A DNA stretch of 63,922 nt, counting the filler, from Piptocephalis cylindrospora (lineage: Eukaryota): NCBI GenBank assembly GCA_003614145.1. It is 19 parts of 19 records of this genome, joined end to end, with 100 filler letters (N's around TTAATTAATTAA, not from the genome) between each part and the next. Parts side by side here need not be neighbours in the genome. Positions count along the whole stretch, not along the records: positions 1 to 3,368 come from KZ988698.1; positions 3,469 to 6,832 come from KZ988699.1; positions 6,933 to 10,295 come from KZ988700.1; positions 10,396 to 13,746 come from KZ988701.1; positions 13,847 to 17,190 come from KZ988702.1; 14 more parts are not named here. One strand, 5' to 3'. Below are positions 1 through 14,006 of the stretch, in pieces; position 1 is the stretch's first letter; each line of letters opens with the position of its first letter. A program made the position numbers and the translations under genes. The notes under the pieces are model-generated. The model was not told the origin of the DNA, did not search any database, and saw nothing but the letters and a program-made list of their open reading frames with translations.

Positions 1-617
1 ATCGACAAATCCACCCACCCATGCAGGGCCCGAGCCTAGGTCGGCCGAGGCAACCTACCAAGTCCTCCCCACCTGGACAGGCGGTCTGGACGCGGCATCT
101 TCCACGAGGGGGGGGGGAAAAGGGAGTATGCAGATGGGCCACCACCATTCCTCTACCACCCACTCTGATCCCCACACGTCTTTTCCCTCCCATCCCTGAC
201 TAGAACAAGTCGCGTCCATCCCTCTTACTTGGGTGTGGTATGGGCGGGTGTGTTTGGTGAAGGCGGATGATGACCCATGATTGTGAGAAGAACAATAGCA
301 TTTCCGCACTTTCCTTTTTTTCATAAGCTTTCCTCTCCCTGTGTGTTGACATGATCTGGTGGAGGAGCGGGGTGGGGTGGGAAAGAGAGAAAGAAAGAAA
401 AGGAAGAGTGATTGAGGTAGGCCCGACCTCGAAGCCCCCGCCCACACAGTATCCCAACACCAACAGAGGCACACAGCAAACAGACCATATTGGTGTTGTT
501 CATGTGGTTGTGTTGGCTAGAGTATGAAAGTGCGCACGGCTATAATCTCCTAATGACAATTCAAATACATGGTCCGCCCTCTCCCCCTTGCCCACGGTAC
601 CCATCGTAGACGCCCAC

Positions 618-1575
618 TCAAGTACATACGCCGGAATTTCCCTCCATTTTACCCTCAGATGCTGGGATGGGGGGAGTGGGATGAGATTGTCGAAGGTGAC
701 GGGAGAGCGCATCCTTCCTCGGGAAGGATAGGGCGCACCCAGGTTGAGGACAGGGAAGGGAAAGACGTGGTTCATGGAGAGATGCAATGTGCCTAGAGAG
801 ATGGGTCACCATGATCCCGCAGTGAGGACACTCCTTGGGGGATTTTTTCCTCGTGATCTTACCCCCTGACTTGGTCCGGGAGGGTGGGGTAATTTGGTGT
901 GTGATGAGGGCCGTCTTAATGGGGGGTGAAGGAGCCTTCCTGATCGGCTCTTCCATGGTGGTGGGAATCTTGGGTAGAGTCGGGATGGATAGGGCTAAGC
1001 GATCTTCCTGTGGAGATTGCCTGGCTCGATGCATCATCTCCGTCCACTCCAGCATATCCCGGGTAGGAGGCGCGATAATCTTTGCCTCGTCCCCCGGGCC
1101 AGGATTGCCTTGGAACCACTCAACCCATGGAGAGGAGACATCATCTACCCTAGGGGAAAGGGGCTGGGTGATGTGGGTGATGCCTTCGGCCTTCCAAGGA
1201 CATGTCATGATCAAATCTGGATCCTCCAGAATGGATTGATTGGGGGCTCGGATCCGTCCTGGATCCAGCCCATGCCCTTGGAACCCCGGTCCATACCCAT
1301 CCCCCAGGTAAGTCCAGGACATCATCAGGGCGGATTGGGAAGGGGAAGCGGGACTGGTCCGCTGTCGATGCTGGACCCTACTCCGTCTTCCTTCCAAGTA
1401 GATGCCATACTTGACTTCACCTGTTTAACGGGATGGGCAGAGATGAGTCAAGTCTCCACTAGCCTTCCCTTGGTACCAGATACTTACGTGGGGTGGGCTT
1501 TGCACTGAGGAGCTGATGGTGGTGGTGACGACTAGACGTTCTCGACGACCGCATAGCCCCCGCAGATTGACTCAT
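618..1575 (-). CDS. C2H2 zinc-finger protein (2 fingers), 2 exons
   Basis: CPHCGIMVTHLSRHIASLH and CPQPGCALSFPRKDALSRHLRQSH. Exon 1 (1575-1488, MSQSAG...) splices in frame through a GTAAGT..CAG intron (1487-1421) to the 618..1397 ORF. Confidence 0.8.
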
Positions 1576-2819
1576 ATTTGAAGGGGGGGAGAGCGGAGGG
1601 GAATGGAAGCAGAGTGAGATAGGGGGACCAGAAAAGAAAGAACTGGATGGGGACAAAGGAGAAAGGTGGAAGGTGGAAGGTGGTGGCGGTGGGTGTGGAC
1701 AGCCGAGGACAGGCCAGCCTTGCGGTTTACCCTTTATGTAGTGGGTGGAATGATGGAGAATCCGCATCAGCATGGATAAATTACCCATACGAGACAAGCA
1801 TGGTGAATGACCATGTAGTCAAAGGATATAATATGGTTTGGGGTCAAGAGTACGAGGATGGTTCAGGCCCAAGGGAAAAGAGGTCCGAGATACGAAAGAG
1901 ACAGATACTTTTCCCCGAGGAGAGAAGATGAACCAAGGTTAATGAACATCCTCCTAGAAAGATGACATTCTGGATCAATGAATGAAATGCATCGAGGTTT
2001 GATCACCCGAGGCCGAGTTTTTATTAGACTGATCATCTCGCTACCGCCTGTCGGTCCATGATGATCGCTCACACTGGCCAAATCGACTGAAACAATGCTG
2101 ATCCATCCTTCAGGCCTTCCCTCATCCTCCCTTATCATCCCCTCCTCCCCGTGACCTAGACCAGATCCAAACCCCGGTCGTCAGCTGTCTAACCACATGA
2201 ACCTTCCCTATGGGAACGAGCATGTCCCTTTGCTCTCTATCATTTTCATCATTAGCATACCTCTTGTTAATCGGTTCCAGCACAGAAGAGATAACATGAC
2301 ATGTTACTCCATTGTAGTTCATGAGTATGACTAGTCTAGTAGACGCTTTTCCCCAGACAATCACCATTCATCGGCCCTTCCCGTTTACCCGGATCCGACC
2401 GGACCAGGACTTGAACCGCAACCCAAAGAGTCTGAGAGCTGTGCTTTGGCTCACATCGGCTTGATCTGATGATGAGAGGAGAGCTGGAGGATCCGCACAC
2501 ACGCATGCACACACACATACATAGGCTAGCTCCCATCGTCACTCACCATCCAATCACATGAATATCTTGCACCTTCTCATTTCACTCGGACCTTTCCACA
2601 CTGCCCTATTTCCCTCCTGTCGCCCATGGGGAGGTTGCACGCTCGATTGATCATGTCCCCAATTACACAAAGCACACCCTCTTTAACAGTAATAATACTC
2701 ATACTATTCATACCAGCATCTTTCCTTTCCCACACTCTAGATGATGGATAGAACCGGGAAAAATCATGCATCCGTTTACATCTTGGTGTGTGTCCGTGTC
2801 TATCTGTGTCTGTCTGTCC

Positions 2820-2822
<3 letters not shown>

Positions 2823-2870
<48 letters not shown>

Positions 2871-2875
2871 TGTGT
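2823..2875. repeat. (TG)n microsatellite
   Basis: Directly visible, one TA interruption. Confidence 0.95.
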
Positions 2876-3260
2876 CTTCCCTCCCCCCATCCTACTCTTA
2901 GTCTATCTCCCCCTCTCCGCTCCCACGAAACTTGGCCGTTCCCATCGCTGTGTATCCACGGGCTTCGCGCGCGCGTACCCTCGCGTCCCCTATACGCGTA
3001 TCCCCTCCCCCTTCTTGGTCTCCCTGTCTCTCCCCATATCTCCCATCCGTACTCATCGTGCATCATCCTTCCCTCGTCCACTCACAAGCCGTCTACCTCC
3101 TCATCCACCAACCAGCCTCGTCCTTTCAAGGTGAGTGCCGCGCGCGTAATCCTGCATCCTTTTCAACCCACACCACTTTTCTTCCCAGTGTGCGCGCGCG
3201 CGCGCGTGCGGTGTAAGAAAAAGGAGGGAGGGGATGAGGTGGGAGGGATATTGACCCTCC

Positions 3261-3296
3261 CTACTACTGCTACTGCTACTACTACTACTACTACTG
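3261..3296. repeat. (CTA/CTG)n trinucleotide repeat
   Basis: ctactactgctactgctactactactactactactg. Confidence 0.85.
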
Positions 3297-3368
3297 CAGA
3301 TGCCATAGAGACAGGTCATTATATGTGTGCGGGTGTGTGTGCGTGAAGGAGTGAGAGGAGAGGATCTG

Positions 3369-3468
3369 NNNNNNNNNNNNNNNNNNNNNNNNNNNNNNNN
3401 NNNNNNNNNNNNTTAATTAATTAANNNNNNNNNNNNNNNNNNNNNNNNNNNNNNNNNNNNNNNNNNNN
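3369..3468. other. Artificial contig linker (first of 18)
   Basis: N44-TTAATTAATTAA-N44, which has stops in all six frames. The others start at 6833, 10296, 13747, 17191, 20622, 24026, 27417, 30788, 34147, 37491, 40834, 44067, 47408, 50627, 53955, 57282 and 60605. Confidence 0.99.
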
Positions 3469-4865
3469 GCATGTGGTGAGGAGCGGGCGAGAGAGGAGGA
3501 AGTCTTGGTGATAGAGGGAATACCTTTATGAGAAGAACCTGAGGTGGCGGCGATGGCGATGGGGGGAGAGGCAGTGGTATTTGGAGGGGAAATGGTGGCG
3601 ATGGAGTGAGGGAAGGAAGGAGGAGGAGTAAAGGCACTTCCATGATGCAACTGCTCCAGAGTTGGGGATGCCGTGGGGAGTTGGAGGGGAAGACTGGGTT
3701 TTGCGCTTCCAAGAACGGAAAGGGAGGGCGGGGGAGGGGAGGAGGAACGAGAAGGGGTGGAAGAAGAGGGAGAGGAGGAGGAGGGTGAGGTCTGAATGAT
3801 AGATGCACGAGTACGGGAACTCTCTGACTTGATCCGGGAAAGTATGGGGTCCCTCCCTGTCTGACTCTTTCCAGGAGTGACGTGTTCAAAGACAGTTTCC
3901 TGACCTTCTTTGGAGGATGAGGATGATCCCTCTTCCTGGGAATCATGGAGATGAGGACTCTGATCCAGATTGGAGTTGGCCTCGCCCTCTCCTATCCTCG
4001 TAGAAGATGATATTCTTCGTCGCTGGTTATTAGAATCAGAATGGGCACGATCAGCCTCCTCCTCCTCCTCAAGGTCCCCGTCCTCTTCCCCTACTTCACC
4101 ATCCTCCCGTAGGGGTTCAGCAGTAGCCTGTGCCAGAGACCAACGGGCAGAAGGGGCAAGTAGTGGAGGATTGGCCATGGAAGCCATGATGGAACCCATG
4201 CCAATGAGAGCGGGGCCCAGATGAGGTCTGATTTTCCCGGGCTTGGACCAGGGTTTCCCAAAGGGGCGGAAGATGGAACGTTTGGAGAAGAAGCTGAACT
4301 TACGAACAGCCGCACCATTGCTTAGACCCGAGGAGGTGACGGGCTCTCTGGGAGAGGAGGATGATTCTACATCAGGAGTAGAGGGAGGTGGAGCGGCCTT
4401 GTTAGGACCAGTGCCCTCCAAGGGATCGTCCTGCTGAAGATCGATGAGAAGCTTGAGGTCGTCCTCGATGTCGGCGCCTGGATCCTCCTGAAGGAGGATA
4501 TCCTGGCATCGACGGAGGACGCGCTTGCACACACGGTAGGACTCGGAGGTGGGGGGATGGGTGGAGAGATCAGACATGTAGGCCTGGAGATACCAAAGCA
4601 TCAAGATGGCAAAGTGAGGGGAATTACGGCACCATTGGAGGAGAAAGGCCTCGAGGGCGATGGATCTTGAGGGTCGAGTGATGAGAATGTGACAGAGTTG
4701 AGGGAGAAAGAAGAGGATCTCCTCGTAGGGAAACTCCCAAAGGCGGTCGCAAAGGTAGTGTTGGATGCCTACATTGTCCGAGTATCGCAGAAAGTAGGAG
4801 AGGGCGATCCAGGAATTGAAGAAGTCGGATTGGAAGAAGCGAAGCAAGAGTTCATTGGAGGGCAT
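3469..4865 (-). CDS. PIK1: Phosphatidylinositol 4-kinase III beta, N-terminal part (truncated by contig end)
   Basis: N-terminus LLLRFFQSDFFNSWIALSYFLRYSDNVGIQHYLC...FFLPQLCHIL...LWYLQAYMSDL matches the Pik1/PI4KB helical domain. The kinase domain lies beyond the contig. Confidence 0.88.
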
Positions 4866-5757
4866 GACTCTGTGGGCTGGATGGAGAGGATTGGGGGGGA
4901 GGATAAAGGAGGGCGGAAGGGAGAAGACAGAATGGAGAGGGTGGGGGGAAGTAGGGGGGGTGGAGCGGTGAAAGTTCCCTTTGAACGCCTCAACGCCCGA
5001 CGACGACTAGAGCCCCGCTTTTGGATCTGGGTCGCGGGATTCGGGAGGCCAAGGTGCGTGAAGAGGGGAGATTGGGAGTGTGAGCTGGGAGAGTGGGTAA
5101 TGGCAAGGGCGCGTGGTAGTTGTAGATAACCCCCACTCTGTTTGCCACCACCCTCGACCCGATGAGGAAGAGCTATATGGTGACGGGGGATGGGAGCGGA
5201 GATACAGTCAGTACATAAATGAGTAGATGAGAAGACAGGCAAGCGCATGGCAGGAGTAAGCTGGACAAATTTAATGGACCTTGGGTCGCTAAGCCATGAA
5301 TGGGAAGGGAAAGGGAGGGGGGAATGGGATGGAGCCTATTATTGTTTATTCGCGAGGAAGAAAAGATCGAGTTGATGAGGAGATATGCAAGGCCTTGAGG
5401 AATGATTGTCCTGAAGGATAATGAGTTGATTGATTTAAGGAGAGATGAGAGAAATGGGCCGTTCTCCATCTCCTGGGACATTGGAGAGAAGGGAAGGGTG
5501 ACCATGGAAGACGCTCTGTTAGATGCAACTAGGGGAGCTGTAGGGCTTCAGAGGATGGTCTCTTAGTCATCTTTGACTAGAAAGAAAGGTCGAGACGCGT
5601 CGACACGAGCATACATAGACACACAGAGACACAAACAGGATCACGAAGCAACAACAAGGCACTATTAGCAGCAGCTTGACACGTGTGGACACACGGACAC
5701 GCGTGCTTCCTTTCTCTCACTCTCTTCTCGCCCCCCATCCCATCCACAGCCACTCAT

Positions 5758-5788
<31 letters not shown>

Positions 5789-5871
5789 ATCCTCTCTCAC
5801 TTTCGTCCTACCATAAGGACGAAAAGATCATCAAGAGGGAGACCATACCGATATGGGAGGGAGAAAGGGGC

Positions 5872-6722
<851 letters not shown>

Positions 6723-7005
6723 GCAAAAACTTTGGACTCTTGGACCGGGGGAAAAGGTGCTGATTGAAGCGAGGAGGGGGAGATGAGGTGAGGGAGGAAG
6801 GAGGGTTGACGAAATATTCTCCTTCTTCTAGTNNNNNNNNNNNNNNNNNNNNNNNNNNNNNNNNNNNNNNNNNNNNTTAATTAATTAANNNNNNNNNNNN
6901 NNNNNNNNNNNNNNNNNNNNNNNNNNNNNNNNGGGAGGGGGGGGGGGGGGAATGCATTGGAGGTCCCATTCTCCCAGACCCATTCAGTCCTCGGATACAT
7001 GCTAC

Positions 7006-7876
7006 TCACTCCCTTGTCTCTTCCTCTCCTTCTTCCCCTCTAGTCCTCAATCCGCTATTTTTTCTCCCAGCCTTCTCCTCTCCCCCTTCTTCCAGCCCGT
7101 CAATTTCCACCGACCCTTCCAGTCCCCTTCCTTTGGAGCCTTTTCGAATGGGAATACGGATACCCTGTTGAGCAAGGCACCTGGAGAGTGGGGTGGATTC
7201 TAGGGTACGGCCAGATCCTCCACAAGGCCACTGAGTCATGATCCAGCTCTTCATACCATGCCATATCCCCACTTACCGGTCATTCCAGGAAATCGTTTGG
7301 GGGGGTACACGGTAAAGGGTTTCGAATAGGCCTGTGCCACCACCTTGGCCTCACCAATCTCACCTCTGGGAATATTGCCGGTCAGTTCACGTGAATGACC
7401 CCCTTCCCCATACACTCATTCATGACTCACCCTTCAAGGTTCATCAGGGTAAAGCCTAGTTGATAGATGCCTTCGGTTCGTATGCTTAGATCGGAAAAAA
7501 TATAATAAATTCCAAGTTCCCGATTCGTTCCCTGGAGATGGCAGGCCGATCCCATGATGGTTCCTAGGAGATTCCGGGTAGGATGGCCTGTGATGGGATC
7601 AGGAAAGGTGCTCGCAAGACTGCTTTCAGGGTCCGAACACGACCCATCCGGATAGGTCAAGTCCACGTGAACGACTAAAAGCGTGGTATCCACCTGAACC
7701 TTGATCCTTTCTTCCCCTGGTTCACGGATGTGGAGTTGGAGAATGGGCGGAGGGTCCACGGGTCGACGATCCTTATCCCCAAACCCGCACATCCTAGCGT
7801 GCAATGGCTGCTGTACGATCGTGAGGTCATAGGTAAGGTTCCTTGCGGAGGGAGGGCAAGGAAGCGACAATGACAT
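7006..7876 (-). CDS. Velvet-domain protein, 3 exons
   Basis: YDLTIVQQPLHARMCGFGDKDRRPVDPPPILQL, RNLLG, IFSDLSIRTEG, SKPFTVYPPKRFPGMTESTPLSRCLAQQGIRIPIR. Introns 7430-7366 and 7276-7200 keep the frame. Confidence 0.93.
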
Positions 7877-10599
7877 AACTCCTGAGGAAGCGAAGAGAGG
7901 GAGGAGGGAAGGAAGAGAAGTCAACAAGCGAGAAAGAGAGAGAGGGAGGGAAGGAAAGGTGAAGAAAGAGAGAAGAAGAGAGAGGGAGAGAGAAGAGGAT
8001 TCCTGAGTTAAAGGTAAGGGATAGGACGTTAGTGGTCTCACACGAGGGAGAGACAGGAGGGAGAGGAAGAGTAGGAAAAAAAAAGAAGAAGAGTAGGGCA
8101 CAGACGAGATGAAACGCGTGGGATACCCGCGGCTGAGTCGGTAAGATAACGATGATGGTGCAGTGTCCGACGGCGGCGGCTCAAGGACGCTGGGTAGGAC
8201 AAAAAATGAGGTCAGGGGAGTCGCGGACGAATGGGGAGGGTCAAAGGGGAGTAAGAACGAGATTCGGAAGTCGGAGTGGCTTTAGGTAATTAGGCAAGGG
8301 GGAGGGGAAGAGGAGGGGGGAGGGGCAAGGTTGAGTATTACAAGAGCACGAGCTTTCACGGCAAAAGGCCTATCGATGAGAACAGGTGGTTGGTTAGGGA
8401 GGAGCAAGAGAAGGGCGGAAGAAGGAAGGATGGCAGGGTATAGGGGTTAGATCAGATGAGGATGGGAACCAAAAAGGAGTACAGTCCTAAGAACGGATTC
8501 CAGGGATTGAGACTCAAATTCACCTAACAGGAAGAGTGATGTGGGGGTAGTGGGAGAGTCTTGACTATGGGCACAGCTTCCGGGAGGAATTAGCCGAGAT
8601 GAGGAAAGTATTTGAAGGTCCGCTGGGAATGAACGACCGAGGCTGACTGGCTGACGGGGTATCTGAGCTGCAAATAGGGTAGGGTAGGGCAGGGCAATGG
8701 GGAGAGGGAGCTTGTGGTGGCTAGAGTAGAAGAGCACTAGGTAAGGATGACCAATGGATCGATTGCCTGAGATTGAATGTCCGAGACAGAGAGTACTATT
8801 ATTAGTATTGCTAGCGGACGATAAAGGTCCTTTCAAGCTCCTAGACCCTACTAGACCGACCTTTAGGACCAAAACGTGGGAGATAGAGGCACTGAGGGAT
8901 GGGGAGGGAGATAGGGGTAGAAGGCTGGGTGGTGATAGAAGAGGGCGAGGTAAGAAGGGATGCGGACACGGGAGGGCAGAGATCATGGGACAGATAGAGT
9001 ATTTAAAGAGCTGGGGTAGCCAATTCCTGAAAAGGCAAATGGTACATCTCGCTGAGGCTGGATGGGTGAACAACCAAGGGAAGGCCCATCTAGCCCCATG
9101 AGAGATATTGCCTACATGGGAGAGTGATCAGGCGGATGGACGGTGGAGTTGTCTGGGAGGAGGGGAGGAGCACCTGGCTTGCCCCATTGCGGTTCACCCA
9201 CATGCTAACACCATCCTGCCAGGGTCTTTCATCATGAGATCTTCCACTCTCCCCTCCCTCCCTCCCCCCTCGTGCTTACATCTGTCGGGGTACGAGGAGA
9301 TGAGGGGGAAAGGAGGGTGTACCCATACCCAATGACGCACATGCTTCCATCATGCAGGGATGGGGCGATAGAGTGGATGGTGTTTTGAAGGGGGTAATGG
9401 GATCATTGGTTCCTCGACGAGGGAAGTGTCCTGGGTATGGGAGATCTCGGCTCATTGAGGGAAGAAGAAGGGTGATTGAAAGTAAGAGTGAGGGGGGGGG
9501 GCTAGGAGAGAGAATATGAGGGAAAATGAGCCATGAGAAGTTCCATCTCTGACTCCAATCAAGGATCTCTTCTTCAATATCTCTTTTTTTATCTGGCCGA
9601 GCTCCGCCCAAACCAGGCGAGGCGAGGGTGGCAGACACTTACCTCATGCTCCTTCTCCCCCCCCTTACACGGACATGTATTGACCAGTGATAGAGCACAT
9701 CGTGTACGACCCTTCCCCATAGTACCTCATCTCGCTGAACGAGTCAATGTGATATACACCATTTTACCCCCCACAGTAAGGGAGTGAAGATGAAGATAAA
9801 AAATAGTACTTCTCCCCCAGCTAGATAAGGGGGAAATGGGCCCTGACCTACTAATGGGCCTTGCAAAATTAGAAGGATGGTTTCATGCGATCAGAACGGG
9901 AAGTGGGGCATGTCTGTGCGGGGAAGCAGCACACATGCACCGGCTGAGTCGGGCCGTGATGATCAGCATATACCGATAGGGAAGGGAAGGAGGGAGGGAT
10001 CGAGCAACGAATGATGAGGCCTGAGGGGAAAAAGGATCCACATTAGATTGAGTGGCCCGTATATTGGTTCGTGACAAGGTAGACGTGTGAGTGTGAAGGG
10101 GTTTTCTAAAGCCATAGATAACTATCAGACAAAGGTATTTTAGGCGAGATTCCTAAAAATGAGCCGGTCTTTATGTATCCTATGCAATATGCAATGCTCA
10201 TCAAGTAAGCGGCGCAAGGCGAGCTGATCATCGTCACTTTTCGTCATATTGTATCTGGACTGATCTTTGTCAGCTTAACAGCATGTGCCCCCCCCNNNNN
10301 NNNNNNNNNNNNNNNNNNNNNNNNNNNNNNNNNNNNNNNTTAATTAATTAANNNNNNNNNNNNNNNNNNNNNNNNNNNNNNNNNNNNNNNNNNNNGACAA
10401 GATTAGAGGAGGGGAAAAAATGATCAACGAGAAATGGGATGGGATGAGAGGGAGTCAGGAGCAACAAGGATAGAGAGAATTTATTCTTCCACACAACGTT
10501 CCACTACCCAAGACACACTACGCTAAAACCCGACACACATTGCTAAAGCCCCCCATATCACAACCACAGGCCATGCTGCCCGCGCCCGAAACCAAACAA

Positions 10600-13477
10600 T
10601 CACACAAGACCAGGGACACTCCGACCGGCACACCGATTAAACTCGGGCTCCTGTTGACCAAAGAGCCAGGAGTAGACGGTGGTGACGGTGCAAAAGGTCA
10701 TACAGCACAGGCCAAAGACAACAATACCAATATCGGCTCTCTTGGACCAGGCCGACCGGGCCAAGGCTTTATAGTGGAAGAGGGCGGGATAGACAAAGCT
10801 GAGAGGGATACAAGCGATGGCGCCGATGAGGGTGACGAATCGGTCAAGGGAGCTGGAGCCTACATAGGCGATAACGGCAATAAGGAGGCAGATGCCAAGA
10901 CGGAAGGCATTCTTGGTCCACTTGACTTTGGGATCTCTTTTTCCGGATCTGGGAGTAAAGAGGGAGTTTTCCAGGATACCGATGGCCGGGAACATTTGCA
11001 GGGGGACGGAGAAGAGGATGGCGAGGGTGTAAAAGAGCTGGACGAGCTCGACAGCAGTGGACCCGGAGGGAAGGTTGAGGAGGACCACGGTTTCGACCTT
11101 GTCTCCAAACGTCAAGTAGGAGAGGGCACCGACAGAGCAGAAGATAAAGGTGACCAGGATCATGGTACGAGAGAGAACCTTGGGAAAGAGTTGGGGCTCC
11201 TTCATGGAATCGCGGATGGGAATAACGAGACCAATGCCTTCAAAGGTAAAGACGGCAGTCCCGATGAAGAGGGCAAAATCGGCCGTATTGAAATTTTCAA
11301 TGGCCGCGGGACCCCGGACCATTAGGGTAGTGATGTCATAATAGTAGAGATATCCGATGCCCCCGACAATGAAGACATCGGCGATGAGAGCGAGGAAGGA
11401 GAGATGCTTGATCTTGCGGATGAGGGCAAAGGGCACATAGACGAGGAGCTGAGCAAAGACCAAGATATACTCTGGGACAATCCACTGGCAGTCTGAGACA
11501 AGCATGAGGAAATCTCGAAGATTCTTGGCCACAAAAATGGTGTATGCACAGCAAAACCCGACCTATATATATATCGAGAGGAAGATGAGGACACGTTCTA
11601 TCCTTCCCCGTATCCCTCTACATCCTCCTAAAGATAGCTCAACTTACCTGGGAAATGGCAATGGAGGATAGGACGGCCTTGCGCATCCTGGGCCCATAGA
11701 GCTTGCCACCGATGTCCCCGAAGCTCCCGGAGATGTGAGACCTACACTCAACAAGCAGGAGCATGGAGTAGAGACACAGGTAGGAGATGGAGCAGAGGAA
11801 AATGGAGGAAAAGGCCAGGCCCCCATTGTAGAACGATCTGGGAAGAAAGAGGACTCCGGTGCCCACAAAAGACTTCATCAAGAGGAAAAAAACCTTGCCG
11901 GGACTAGCGGTACCGGGAGGGATGGATGGGGTACTGGGGGCTTGAGGAAGAGGGGATCCATGGGGGCCAGTACGACGACCGAGTAACGGAGAGGTCTCCC
12001 CTGCTAGTCCAGGAAGGGTGAGTCGATCAGTGGGCCTTCGGCCAGAGGCCAGAGGCCTCCGACGCATGCCCTCTTCCTGGGCATAAGCCCCGCCGAGGAT
12101 ACCTTCCTCCTCTTCTTCCTCCTCCTCTTCCCCATCATCAGGGAAGTCATCTCCAGCAAAATGGCCGTACAAGGCAAGAAAGTCAATGAAGTTCCGGGTA
12201 ATGATATTGGGCTCAGGAGCCCCAGAAGCCTGAGCCTGATGACGGATAAAATGACGACGGAAGCCTCCGGGAAGACGAAGGCTCGAGGCTGTGGGAACTC
12301 CGCTGTGATGAGCATGGGGATGGAGGAGGAGACCACCGGATGCCTCATTTGGGAAGCCCCCGCCGGATGGAGGAGGGAGATGAGAGTTGGAGGGATCCAA
12401 ACCTTGAGCCCCTGATGAGCCCGCCGCCATGACTCCAGGAATGGATTGACGAAGGTCCGGGATACTCTTGGACCTCGTCCTCCCGAGGGGGGCGCCACCC
12501 CAAGACCCTGGGCCGCCTGATCCAGCGGCATCCTGCTGCTGATCATCGACCCACTTGTAGATCTCCGAAGTGATGGCAGCTCCGGGAAGTTGGTAAGGGA
12601 CGGCCGACTGGATATGGTCATCCCCCGATGGACTATCTGTCTCCTGCGTATGCCGGGAGGAGGAAGACGAAATTTCAGGGCTCCCCGAGGCTTTTTGGGC
12701 GGCGGCAGCGGTCTCATTGGCCCGAGCCGTCGAATTGGGCGGAAGCCCCAGCTGAGATCCTGTGGCTGTGGAGACGGGCATAGGACTTCCTGACCCAGCA
12801 GCTTGAAGCTGAGGTGAGCCTGTGCTAGTATCCCCAGTGCCCTCACCCGGTGTCCCGGAGGAGGAAGTAGGACCTGGAGGAACAGGAAGATGGGCTCGGA
12901 TGATCTGACTCATCCTCTCGGGCGTTAAGGCCCGTTGCTCTAGACCAAGACCTTCTACAGAAGTCAGTGGATTGGTTGAGGGTCTGGATGTAGTGGAGCC
13001 ATCAGGGGCATCATCCTGGATGGGGGTCAGAGGCCCAGTAGCAGGATTGGGAGAGGAAGGGAAGGAGGGGGGAGGGAAATGGGCGCCTGGGGTCCTTCTA
13101 GGAGAACCATAGGGTGAAGAGGCAAGACGGTTGGTGGGGAGACGATGATCGAAGGTAGGGGACATGCCTGAAGCCGATTGGGGTCTAGGAACATGGCCGC
13201 CCTGATCATCCTCCGTGGCCTCCTCAGGCCCCCCGGAACGGATCCCTAGACCTTGAGTGAAGTTGGGAGGAAACCCCGAGCCACGACCAGGAACCGATCG
13301 ACTTTGCGACACTGGCTCGCTACGGGGAAGCGCCTCTTCCGTCGAGGGGGTCGGAGAAGAGGAGGAACCATCCTCGTCTCGAAGCAAAGAGTTGGCCGGA
13401 TGTCGAAGTCTTTGAGGCTGCGGGGCCTGTGGGGGATCAGGAGAGGGATCACGGGAGGTGGACTTGCCCGACGCCAT
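10600..13477 (-). CDS. Vacuolar amino-acid transporter, Avt3/Avt4-like (AAAP family), 2 exons
   Basis: Long disordered N-terminus with GGFRRHF, TRNFIDFLALYGHFAG and dileucine ETSPLL; LMKSFVGTGVLFLP; GTAVFTFEGIGLVIPI. Intron 11647-11563. Confidence 0.92.
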
Positions 13478-14006
13478 ACTACTAATGGTAAGGGGAAAAG
13501 GAAAGAGGAAAGAGGAGGGTAAAGCCCAAACAGTAAATGCGAAGTGGAAAGAGAAGGTGAGGGGGGAGGGAGTGGGTAAACACAAGGATAAACAGGATCA
13601 AGCGAGGAAGAGAGGTCAAAGGTTGTAAGTGGAAAGGTGAGGAGGGAGGGAGGGAGGGAAAAGGAATGGATAGGCGGGGGTGGAGTGGGGTGGGGGAAAG
13701 GGATGGGTAAAGGCAGGCAGGAGGGGGAGGAAGTGATGGAAAAGGANNNNNNNNNNNNNNNNNNNNNNNNNNNNNNNNNNNNNNNNNNNNTTAATTAATT
13801 AANNNNNNNNNNNNNNNNNNNNNNNNNNNNNNNNNNNNNNNNNNNNAGAGGAAGCTCTTGGTGATCCTATATCTATCCCTATTCTTGACGTCCATGCATA
13901 CATTCTGTTTGAGTCGCATCTTTTCTCTCACACTTTCCTCCCCGTAACCAATAACCAATACATTTCGCTGTTTACTACTGCTGCTTTCCTCCCCGTAAGT
14001 CACAGC

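Noticed and set aside
2708..3346. ORFs with THTHTH or CVCVCV runs
   Set aside because: Translations of the TG microsatellite.
3413..3424. TTAATTAATTAA recurring every ~3.4 kb as a CRISPR-like repeat or piggyBac TTAA target
   Set aside because: Always centred in 88 Ns; it is a synthetic six-frame-stop linker.
8447..9101. 208-aa and 115-aa ORFs upstream of velvet
   Set aside because: Non-ATG or weak starts, low-complexity composition, no domain.
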